Virus record (IMG/VR): IMGVR_UViG_2718218127_000001
Reading direction: 5' to 3' (one strand)
From: a virus
Taxonomy: Duplodnaviria > Heunggongvirae > Uroviricota > Caudoviricetes
Length of the DNA stretch: 14,646 nt
Shown here: positions 5,814-13,386 of the stretch, piece after piece
Numbering within the stretch: position 1 is the first letter of the stretch
Layout of the letters: each line of letters begins with the position of its first letter
Program-made: the position numbers and the translations under genes
The notes under the pieces: model-generated
What the model was told of the DNA's origin: nothing
What the model saw: only the letters and a program-made list of their open reading frames with translations
The model's database searches: none

Positions 5814-8255
5814 TCAATCATCACTCTGCCCGCTCTCCACACCGTAAGCGCGTGGCATGAACTCCTCAGCCTTCTCGTTATAGCCAACGTTGGTTTGCGC
5901 TCTGCCGTTAATGCTTCTCGTCAGGTAGCTGGCTCGGTACTCTTTTGCTGCTGATTTTATGGCGCGTGAAAACTTATTGACGGAAAGCGGTTTACCCAAA
6001 CCGTGATACTCCATAAACGCCAGATAAAGATGATAAAGATACGTCCTCGGCTCTGGCTGGCCTGCCCATGTACCTCCGCCCATCATCATGCCTTTGGGTT
6101 CGTTCATGAAAAAAAGCGCCGCACACATATCGACAACCGGATCCGTGCCGCGTTTAACCTCTAGCGCCTCCTGCGAATCGCGCTGCTCTAGTAATAGTGC
6201 CTTTGCTTTGTTCTGGTCGGCAAAGGTGGTTAGCAGGTGGCGGATAATCACCGGGATTTCTCGCCTGATTTTTGCGGTTAAATCCGGGTCTTTGTCTGCG
6301 TCTGATACCGGGTTATTAAACGGGAATATCACGCGGCGGCGGGCAATGCCCCCGTTTCGCTCCGTGAATGTCATTGGCTCGTTATTGGTTGCCATAACAA
6401 CGGCATTTATCACGGTTGTGAACTGCTTTTCATATTTCCCATCAATCTCTACCGGATCGCCGCCCGTAATGGCTTTAATCCCCGCACCCTCTCCAACGTA
6501 GCGGGTCTGGTCAGGCATAATAATCAGGCTTTTCCCTACGAACTGCGCCCGTCCCCGTGCGGTGTCCAGCGTCATCATGCTACCGCTGGCGGTGTTGTGT
6601 TCACCTGCCAGCGTGGTTGCTATGCTGCTGAATACGGATTTCCCACTGCCGCCCTCGCCAGTTATCTCAATGAATAGCTGCCAGTCGTGACGCTTCGCCA
6701 GCACCATAAACAAGGCTGCTTTGATACGCTCGGCCTTATGATGGTCGCCAGCCGTTGCATGATTCAGCCAACGGGTAAAATTGGGGGCGCTGGTGGAAAT
6801 ATTCTCCCCCGGCGCTGGCGGGGTGTAGGTGATCCCATTGTGGTTCATCAGCCAGTTACCCGGCGAATGGGCGGAAAACGTCTGCGTAGCGAGGTCATAA
6901 ACGCCGTTATCAAAACCAATCAGATCCCCGCTCCGCTCACCAATTACCGGTATTTGCAGCTTCATGGTTGCGACAACCGATTTAATCCCTTTTTCGGTGT
7001 AGTGGGCTTCGTGCTCGTCGAAAATTGCCACCATAACCCTTTCTAATTCGCTGTCTGGTAGCTTCACCCATACGCCAGATTCGTAGCAGTAAACAGCGCC
7101 ACTATCAGGGTTGACCGCCAACATATCCCAGCGAGATGAAAGCAACCGCGCTTTCTGGCTGGCTGCCATTTGTGCAATATCTCCGACTTCGGCTTTACGG
7201 CGGGATTTACCGCCCACAATGGCCTGTAGTTGTGGTTTCACGGCTTCCCCCTGAATCTGGTACATCGAATCGTTAAACGCAGCCGTAGCGACTTCCAGCC
7301 CGTTTTGCTGGCGGTAGTCGTCCCAGTCGGCTTTGTAGTCTGTCGGCGGCAGCGCCACCCAGCCAGCCACGGATAAGGCGGCTTTCTCTGCGGCATCTTT
7401 GCCCGTGTTCGCCTGTTCGTCCTGCTGGTGGTCGTTATCTGCGGCAATGATAATTTGCGACTGCGGGTGTTTCCGGCGCATTACTCCGGCAACGTGGATC
7501 AGGTTCCCGGCGTCAATTGCCGCCACTGTAAGCGCGTCCGGGCGCATCAGGTGAACGGACAGGGCCGTCGCCAGCCCCTCGGCAATTAATACGCTCTGCG
7601 GCTGTTCTGGTGCGTTTACGGCGTGATATGCCCCGCGCTTTGCTGAACCTGTCAGGAGTCGCTTCTCTCCCTGCGGTGTAATGGTTTGCGCTGCTGCCAC
7701 TGCGCCGGATTCGTCCACCAGCTCCAGCAATAACGAACCATCCGGCATAACCGGATAGTTAAACCCGGTCAGCCCTTTTGATTGCAGGTAATCAGATTCT
7801 CCCTGTGTGGCACTCTGGCGCATTCCGGCATACAGACGGGCAAACGTAGCCCTTCGCTGCTCTGCATCCTCTGCTGCCTGTTTCTGGCGCTCCTGCTCAC
7901 GCTGCTGGCGGTCAGCTTCCAGTTGCTCTCTTCTATGGCTCGCTGCCACCGGGTCGGTTTGCGCTGCCCGGTAATCAATACCCAGCACATCAGCGGCAAG
8001 CTGTGCCGCCTCCGTAGTGTCGCAGTTGTTCACCTTCTTAATCAGGTCTAAACCGTCACCAGCGCCACACTGATTGCAGATAAAGCTACCGCGCCCGTTG
8101 TCGTCGAATCTGAAACGGTCTTTTCCACCACATGCAGGGCATGGAGAATGGCGGCGCGATGAATCAGGCACGTCGATAGACAATCCAGCCAGCACATAAG
8201 GCCAGCGCCCGGCGGCGGCACTGGTCACTTCGCGGATAAGGTCGATATTACGCAT
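5814..8255 (-). CDS. P4-alpha-like bifunctional DNA primase/helicase, 813 aa
   Basis: Track ORF with ATG start. N-terminal zinc ribbon CPACGGKDRFRFDD...FICNQCGAGDG, a central TOPRIM-like region, and a C-terminal NTPase with Walker A GEGGSGKS. Confidence 0.88.
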   Translation of the reverse strand: MRNIDLIREVTSAAAGRWPYVLAGLSIDVPDSSRRHSPCPACGGKDRFRFDDNGRGSFICNQCGAGDGLDLIKKVNNCDTTEAAQLAADVLGIDYRAAQTDPVAASHRREQLEADRQQREQERQKQAAEDAEQRRATFARLYAGMRQSATQGESDYLQSKGLTGFNYPVMPDGSLLLELVDESGAVAAAQTITPQGEKRLLTGSAKRGAYHAVNAPEQPQSVLIAEGLATALSVHLMRPDALTVAAIDAGNLIHVAGVMRRKHPQSQIIIAADNDHQQDEQANTGKDAAEKAALSVAGWVALPPTDYKADWDDYRQQNGLEVATAAFNDSMYQIQGEAVKPQLQAIVGGKSRRKAEVGDIAQMAASQKARLLSSRWDMLAVNPDSGAVYCYESGVWVKLPDSELERVMVAIFDEHEAHYTEKGIKSVVATMKLQIPVIGERSGDLIGFDNGVYDLATQTFSAHSPGNWLMNHNGITYTPPAPGENISTSAPNFTRWLNHATAGDHHKAERIKAALFMVLAKRHDWQLFIEITGEGGSGKSVFSSIATTLAGEHNTASGSMMTLDTARGRAQFVGKSLIIMPDQTRYVGEGAGIKAITGGDPVEIDGKYEKQFTTVINAVVMATNNEPMTFTERNGGIARRRVIFPFNNPVSDADKDPDLTAKIRREIPVIIRHLLTTFADQNKAKALLLEQRDSQEALEVKRGTDPVVDMCAALFFMNEPKGMMMGGGTWAGQPEPRTYLYHLYLAFMEYHGLGKPLSVNKFSRAIKSAAKEYRASYLTRSINGRAQTNVGYNEKAEEFMPRAYGVESGQSDD

Positions 8256-8589
8256 GGTTGCCTCCTGCCACGGTCGCGCCCATGTCTTTAACCATGCTTT
8301 GCCATATCTCGCGCCCGACGTCAGTCAATCCGTCCTTAGTGACGCAACGCTCAAGAAGCTCGACCCCCACGGTTTCCCACTGCGGGTAGGACACTTTCAT
8401 GGCTGCCAGTGTGTAGCTATCGATCAGGCTGCGAACGCCTTTTACTCCATTGACGATTTCCACACGGACGGCGAGGCCGTCCGCATCAACCATGAAATAG
8501 TCCCCGCCGCTGGTGGAGGTAATGTGGTTATACAGTGCCGACGCATATTTATTAGCCAGCGCATTCAGTCGGAAATTTTTAGTAATCAT
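8248..8589 (-). CDS. hypothetical protein, 113 aa
   Basis: Track ORF with ATG start and GAGGGG upstream. Overlaps the primase start by 8 nt. Confidence 0.55.
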   Translation of the reverse strand: MITKNFRLNALANKYASALYNHITSTSGGDYFMVDADGLAVRVEIVNGVKGVRSLIDSYTLAAMKVSYPQWETVGVELLERCVTKDGLTDVGREIWQSMVKDMGATVAGGNHA

Positions 8590-8597
8590 GTCGCCCC

Positions 8598-9224
8598 TCA
8601 GTGCGGCAGCGGCATTTCAGGCCAGCCGTTTTCATCCAGTTCAGCTATAAAGCTGTTGTGAAGTTCAGCAAGCGTTTCACGTCCGAACGGGGTAAGCTCG
8701 CCGCGCTCCGTATCCAGCATCGCCTTATAAAACACAATGGCTTTTTCCGTACCCTGTTCGACGCCGTATCGCTCAATCATTGCGCCCTCGATGTTGTTCG
8801 CCATCGCCAGCCGTTCAGCAAACGGGTAAATCACCATGCCCGCATTACCATTGGAGTAAATCGCCACCTGCGATGTTGTGCCGTCAGCCTCCGTGACGGA
8901 GGTTGTGCCGTTTTCGCGCTTCATTTCAGAAACGAACTTCGCAGCAATCAGCCAGCGCCACATAGTGACGTTATGCTGCGCGGTAAAGTCGAACCAGCCA
9001 CGCGCCCCGCCATCAGCAACGGCAAAATGAATGGCGTAGCCGATATCTGGCGTATCGTCGTACTCTCCCGCATCCAGACGGCTTACAGCGCTCTCATAGG
9101 TGATAATGGCTACATGCTCATACATCCCGGCATCATTGCGGGTCATGATGTTTACGCCGTGCGGTGTGGCTTCGGCGTGTAATAAGTCGGCATTTCCCGA
9201 TTTAATGGTCGGTGCGTTGCTCAT
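8598..9224 (-). CDS. hypothetical protein, 208 aa
   Basis: Track ORF with ATG start overlapping the upstream stop (ATGA). No domain recognised. Confidence 0.55.
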   Translation of the reverse strand: MSNAPTIKSGNADLLHAEATPHGVNIMTRNDAGMYEHVAIITYESAVSRLDAGEYDDTPDIGYAIHFAVADGGARGWFDFTAQHNVTMWRWLIAAKFVSEMKRENGTTSVTEADGTTSQVAIYSNGNAGMVIYPFAERLAMANNIEGAMIERYGVEQGTEKAIVFYKAMLDTERGELTPFGRETLAELHNSFIAELDENGWPEMPLPH

Positions 9225-9484
9225 GCGCTGCCCTCCGCATCAATTCTGGCTATATCGACAATCGTCAGGACTTTACTAAGCCAGCAATACACGATTTCGG
9301 CCTGTTCATCGTTTAGTTGAGTGGCTAAATCGGTCATAACGTGAGCCAGCCCATTGCGGGCGCGGGTCATGCGTTCTGCCGTTCGGTCTGCCAGCGTAAA
9401 ATCATCCGGGTAAGCCTGCTCGCGGGATAACATCGCTTCGGCTTCCAGCTCTGCCGGGTGGCGATAGATGGTAGTTATGTTCAT
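9221..9484 (-). CDS. hypothetical acidic protein, 87 aa
   Basis: Track ORF, part of the coupled operon. Confidence 0.45.
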   Translation of the reverse strand: MNITTIYRHPAELEAEAMLSREQAYPDDFTLADRTAERMTRARNGLAHVMTDLATQLNDEQAEIVYCWLSKVLTIVDIARIDAEGSA

Positions 9485-9795
9485 TTGCCCGCCCTCCCTT
9501 TGGCTTCTTTTTCACTGATTGAGCGCAAGAATGCGGCGTTTGCAGCGCTATCGTTCAGCGCCCGCGCAACTTCTCCGATATGTCCCAGCATTGCGCCTAA
9601 TCTGTACATATCAGCCCTAACGCTTTCCGCCGGGTAGTCATCGCTATTAGCCGCCCAGAACATGAGGCTACCGATGGCACTTACGCCCAGCATTAAATCA
9701 TTCACGGCATCACTGGCGCGGCTCTCAATTCCGTTCAGATCATCAGGTGTACAACCATCAAAGTCGCAGGACACTAAATCGTTATACAGGCTCAT
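9481..9795 (-). CDS. hypothetical protein, 104 aa
   Basis: Track ORF with ATG start overlapping the upstream stop (ATGA). Confidence 0.45.
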   Translation of the reverse strand: MSLYNDLVSCDFDGCTPDDLNGIESRASDAVNDLMLGVSAIGSLMFWAANSDDYPAESVRADMYRLGAMLGHIGEVARALNDSAANAAFLRSISEKEAKGRAGK

Positions 9796-9971
9796 GCTGC
9801 CACCTCACGAACGCGGGTAATCTGGATGTGGGAAAGGCGTTCATTTCTGGCCTGATTTAGCGCCTCAGCTTTGGCGCTGATCGCGCTGCGGGCGTCAACG
9901 ATATAAACGAACTCGACTAATTCGCCGCTCCGGGCGGTGGCGCATCCTGCAACACGGAAGTAATTAAGCAT
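9792..9971 (-). CDS. hypothetical small protein, about 59 aa from the internal ATG
   Basis: Track ORF 9792..10001 begins with TTG. The internal ATG (MLNYF...) has AGGGGG upstream and overlaps the preceding stop by 8 nt. Confidence 0.35.
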   Translation of the reverse strand: MLNYFRVAGCATARSGELVEFVYIVDARSAISAKAEALNQARNERLSHIQITRVREVAA

Positions 9972-10155
9972 GTGCGCCCCCTGTGCGAATACGTCCGGCA
10001 AAAAAGCAAACGTGATCCCGCGCCAGAATGCGGCGGGCTTCCTGCTCAGTCTCTGCGGCGATATGGTGAATTTTGGCGGTAATTGTCGGCATATCGCGGC
10101 GAACTGCTGCGATAATCCAGATAAATTGCGGTTTTTGGGTAGGGGTAGTAGCCAT
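9964..10155 (-). CDS. hypothetical small protein, 63 aa; first gene of the replication-module operon
   Basis: C-terminal part of the track's 250-aa GTG ORF. It has an ATG with a strong AAGGAGG 8 nt upstream (MATTPTQKPQ...). Confidence 0.45.
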   Translation of the reverse strand: MATTPTQKPQFIWIIAAVRRDMPTITAKIHHIAAETEQEARRILARDHVCFFAGRIRTGGAHA

Positions 10156-10182
10156 TATGGCAGCCTCCTTTGTGTTTAAGGA

Positions 10183-10221
10183 GTCACCGCCTGAGTTTCC
10201 ACGCTCTGAAATGGCGGTGAC
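10183..10221 (-). promoter_or_regulatory. stem-loop in the 5' leader of the replication-module operon
   Basis: Inverted repeat GTCACCGCC ... GGCGGTGAC (9-bp arms, about 21-nt loop). On the minus strand it is followed by TCCTT, which could pair with the AAGGAGG of the 63-aa gene. Confidence 0.3.
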
Positions 10222-10345
10222 GTTAGCAGGGGTGGAAATACCGGACACAAAGGAAACCGGCCTACGCGAACGTAGCCCCACTAACGCCACCATAGATACA
10301 GTACGGACGAGGCCGCTGATTTGATGTGCGTAGTGATCGGACACA

Positions 10346-10367
10346 AAAAAAGACGCTTTCGGCGTCT
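10346..10367 (-). terminator. putative rho-independent terminator on the minus strand
   Basis: Minus strand reads AGACGC-CGAAA-GCGTCT followed by TTTTTTT. It sits between the regulatory module and the replication module. Confidence 0.45.
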
Positions 10368-10654
10368 GTGTCGCCCTTAGTGTGTTCGGGTTTCCACGCC
10401 CGGTTGCTGATTTTGCAGCAACGCTTGGACTATAACAGCTTTTCTCTGCTAGGTGGTCATACCAGATAAAACCGTAACCCTTTAAGAGTTTTTCCTGTGC
10501 ACGGCTCACCATCTTTTTGTTGAGGGTAAGCGCCTCGCGTACTGGTAACGGAACTCCGGGCGCTGCGGTATCAATATCAGGTTTTGTAAGGTTGCAGATG
10601 TCAACTTTTGACAACATGCCAGCCAGATTAAAGGCTTCTTTCTGGGCGGCAGGT

Positions 10655-10837
10655 TCATTCAGTATCACGGCGCACCTCCACGAACTCATTAACGAATCTC
10701 TCCAAAGGCTGAACACATGGCGACTGATAGCCCTCGCGGTAAAAGGTCACTCGGTTATGCTCGACGCGCTGTACGGTCACTACAGCCCCGTGACTGTCCT
10801 TGTAACGGCTTCCCGGCATCGGATTATGGTTACGCAT
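10655..10837 (-). CDS. hypothetical small protein, 60 aa
   Basis: Track ORF with ATG start and GGAGGT 6 nt upstream. Overlaps the upstream stop by 8 nt. Confidence 0.5.
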   Translation of the reverse strand: MRNHNPMPGSRYKDSHGAVVTVQRVEHNRVTFYREGYQSPCVQPLERFVNEFVEVRRDTE

Positions 10838-11663
10838 GGTTTACCTCCAGACGTTTAGCGAGCCAGCGCTGAGAGAGGCGGATTAGCTCGGCTTTACGCA
10901 GGTCATATCCCATACCCATATCAATTAACGTGATATTGGTGCTTTCGAGATAGGCGAGGTGTTCAAGCTGTGCTGCGTTCATGCTGTCCCGTGGTTCGCC
11001 AGTAATGCCATTTGCCTGCGCCCACTGCTTCGCCGTCATGCCACCCAGCACGATACGGGCGATCATGTTGCTCTCGTTGCTGTAGTGGCGCTGCTGCGTC
11101 GTTTTACCCTGCTCGGCACGGGCCATATTCAGCGCATCGCACATTGGCTTAAAGTTGTTTGCGGCACTGATACGGGCTTTTAGCTGGCGACGATAGCGGG
11201 CGGCGATTTCAGGCACGCTACGCTGTAATTCTTCCTCGCACTGGATGAAATAACGGCGGATAGCGCGGCCCTGTTCGGTGCGTTCGACCATCGCCAGTTC
11301 TTTCGCCATTCCGACACTTAACAGATAGTCTTTGCCGGGTCTGCCAGACTGTTTAATCTTGCTGTAAGCCGCGCCATTCGGGCTTTTCCCCAGATTTGGG
11401 GAAATTGTTTTATGGACTGAGTAATCGTGCCCAATGGTGAAGTCATATTCAGAGATGCGATCAGCGATCCATGTAGAGAAGTCTTTTCCCACGCCCAACG
11501 CTTTGTGTAACGCTTTTGCGCTAACAATATTGGTTTCACGCCCACCGATATGACCAGGAATAACCGGGACAATTGTGGCAAATTCATTACCGTTAATTGT
11601 TCCCTGATAGGCGTTCAGATGAGGGGCGGCCTCAGAAATTAATCTGCTTTTTTCGATGTTCAT
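10830..11663 (-). CDS. phage antirepressor-like regulatory protein (AntA/KilAC-like), 277 aa
   Basis: Track ORF with ATG start and GGAGA upstream. The segment DYLLSVGMAKELAMVERTEQGRAIRRYFIQCEEEL resembles phage antirepressor / Bro-KilA type proteins; this assignment is from memory. Confidence 0.45.
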   Translation of the reverse strand: MNIEKSRLISEAAPHLNAYQGTINGNEFATIVPVIPGHIGGRETNIVSAKALHKALGVGKDFSTWIADRISEYDFTIGHDYSVHKTISPNLGKSPNGAAYSKIKQSGRPGKDYLLSVGMAKELAMVERTEQGRAIRRYFIQCEEELQRSVPEIAARYRRQLKARISAANNFKPMCDALNMARAEQGKTTQQRHYSNESNMIARIVLGGMTAKQWAQANGITGEPRDSMNAAQLEHLAYLESTNITLIDMGMGYDLRKAELIRLSQRWLAKRLEVNHA

Positions 11664-11675
11664 TTTCAGTCTCCG

Positions 11676-12110
11676 TTAGGCGGCGGTGAGATTGTCCGGG
11701 TATAGGTTGAGAATGTCGGCAATTTCAGGCTGAGAAAGTCCCTGATAGCCGCCAGCGTCGGCGTTATGGTTCACAAGCCGAATAACTTTCAGAACGTCAC
11801 CGCGCCCGGTAAAGCGATAGCGTAAATGTGACCCTATCCCGTCGGGGTTCTTTTCGTCTATACGCTCAAGCTGAATATCAAGCCTGCGCTCTAACTCACT
11901 GGCGTAGTTCCTTCCAGACGAAAGGCGGCAATAACGCAGAATGTCGTTTTCTGTCCATCCCTCTACGCCAGTACGCAGCATATAGACGCGGGCGCGGTGT
12001 TTCTTTGGGGTTCGCTTAGGTACTTGTACCGGGCTGGTGGTCGGCGTAATATCAGACGTGCGAATATCTGAGTTAGCCGCCTGCTGTACGGGGCGGTTTT
12101 TCTTTTTCAT
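11676..12110 (-). CDS. hypothetical basic protein, 144 aa
   Basis: Track ORF. Its ATG overlaps the alpA stop (TAATG), so it is translationally coupled to alpA. Confidence 0.5.
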   Translation of the reverse strand: MKKKNRPVQQAANSDIRTSDITPTTSPVQVPKRTPKKHRARVYMLRTGVEGWTENDILRYCRLSSGRNYASELERRLDIQLERIDEKNPDGIGSHLRYRFTGRGDVLKVIRLVNHNADAGGYQGLSQPEIADILNLYPDNLTAA

Positions 12111-12313
12111 TACGCCACCTTTCCCCGGCGCTCCGCCAGCCAGTTGTGAATATCAGCCGCATCAAAGGCGGTAATCTTCTCGCCCAGCTTTACCGGACGT
12201 GGTAGTGAACCGTTTCTTACTTTACGGTCGATGGTGGATACACTAACGCCCAGCAATTCAGCCAGGCGAAAGCGTCTGATATAGCCTTTTGTAGGGATAG
12301 TGTCGATGTTCAT
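12110..12313 (-). CDS. alpA: AlpA-family (Vis/excisionase-like) HTH transcriptional regulator, 67 aa
   Basis: Track ORF with ATG start and AAGAGG upstream. The helix-turn-helix LAELLGVSVSTIDRKVRNG and its small size and position next to a P4-type integrase are typical of AlpA/Vis. Confidence 0.72.
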   Translation of the reverse strand: MNIDTIPTKGYIRRFRLAELLGVSVSTIDRKVRNGSLPRPVKLGEKITAFDAADIHNWLAERRGKVA

Positions 12314-12425
12314 GATTCCCGTAACCTCTTAGCGATAGTTGTTGCTTCGTTACGGGTATTTAATGGTGTGTATGCTCAAAAGTGAATTACAGTAAATTTT
12401 ATTGTCACGATACTAAATTTTATTA

Positions 12426-13271
12426 TCATGATTTCTTCTTTCCTGCCGTGGTACGTTTTTCCGGCAATCTGTCCATGTCAGATATGATCTTCTTTAAATA
12501 ATCTGCAGATGGTTCATCATAATCGCCACCCACATGTGGCCAGTGGTCTATCGTAGCGTTTGCCCACGCTTCGTTGGTTTCTTTCCCGTTTTTCCCTTTG
12601 CACTCTTCAGGATAGTGCCGTTTCACATAAATCAACGCCATAATGCTATTCTCACGGTTTAGGCTATGTCGTGCTCTATTTCCATGCTCTATGTTTTTAA
12701 ATTCCTTTTCATAAAGATCGTGTGAACCCAAATGGAGTATGCTGGATATTGGCTGATTTTTATCCATGCTTTCAGCTATATATTCAACCCACGGTCTTGA
12801 TATATACAAATCTTCCACAGACGATACGGTGGTATCATATTCGCGAAAATCGTAGAAAAAGTAACATCCTGATGTGATGTCTAGTTCTTTTTTTATATAT
12901 GCTGGTGAGAATATGAGTGGAATGTCAGGGACTCTCTTAACCCCTGCAAGGGAAGCAATGAAATCTCTAGGAACGTGCCATAATCCACTTGCTGAGCACT
13001 TCATACCATCGAAAAAACCTTCATTTAGATATCTTTCGGTATCTTCTCTAGTAGAAATAATAGAACCAAATAATAAGTTTTCTATGCCTTTGCTGCCGTG
13101 GTCTGGTGGCAAGTTTCCCACTTGAAGGAGTACGCCTTCATACTTGTGAATTATTGTGCTCAAAAATATAGAGCCTGATACTCCCATAAGTAGAAGATCA
13201 TCGACTTCTATTTCTAATAAATTTGCTGCTCTATTAAGTCGGAAAAAAAGATTTGGTGGTAGTTTTTTCAT
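12426..13271 (-). CDS. hypothetical orphan cargo protein, about 281 aa, AT-rich
   Basis: Track ORF 12426..13286 begins with GTG. The ATG five codons in (MKKLPPN...) has AGGTGA upstream. Base composition is visibly more AT-rich than the flanking genes. No family recognised. Confidence 0.6.
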   Translation of the reverse strand: MKKLPPNLFFRLNRAANLLEIEVDDLLLMGVSGSIFLSTIIHKYEGVLLQVGNLPPDHGSKGIENLLFGSIISTREDTERYLNEGFFDGMKCSASGLWHVPRDFIASLAGVKRVPDIPLIFSPAYIKKELDITSGCYFFYDFREYDTTVSSVEDLYISRPWVEYIAESMDKNQPISSILHLGSHDLYEKEFKNIEHGNRARHSLNRENSIMALIYVKRHYPEECKGKNGKETNEAWANATIDHWPHVGGDYDEPSADYLKKIISDMDRLPEKRTTAGKKKS

Positions 13272-13386
13272 TGCGTCACCTTTCACGCTACGCCTTAATG
13301 AGCGATTGAGTCAGGCGGTAAGGCTTCCCGCTTTTCACCCCGTCGGGCTAGACTCAATCTGTCCTCTGATTCTTTACATATCTTGG

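Noticed and set aside
6088-8051. Several plus-strand ORFs (137, 119, 89 aa) and minus-strand ORFs (69, 76 aa) within the primase region
   Set aside because: All overlap the 813-aa primase/helicase frame, which has clear domain signatures. They are antisense or alternative-frame artefacts of a GC-rich gene.
8601-9182. Plus-strand 193-aa ORF opposite the 208-aa gene
   Set aside because: It is antisense to a translationally coupled minus-strand operon and its translation is arginine-rich and low-complexity, typical of a shadow frame.
9481-9545. Apparent frame inconsistency in the 104-aa ORF when I counted bases by hand through a T-run
   Set aside because: This is most likely my own miscount of a homopolymer. 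The supplied ORF track is computed from the sequence and is taken as authoritative; small-motif coordinates may therefore be off by a base or two.
9964-10716. 250-aa minus-strand ORF
   Set aside because: It starts with GTG inside the 60-aa gene in another frame and reads through a terminator-like hairpin. Only its last 63 codons have an ATG with a strong ribosome-binding site; the rest is treated as non-coding leader.
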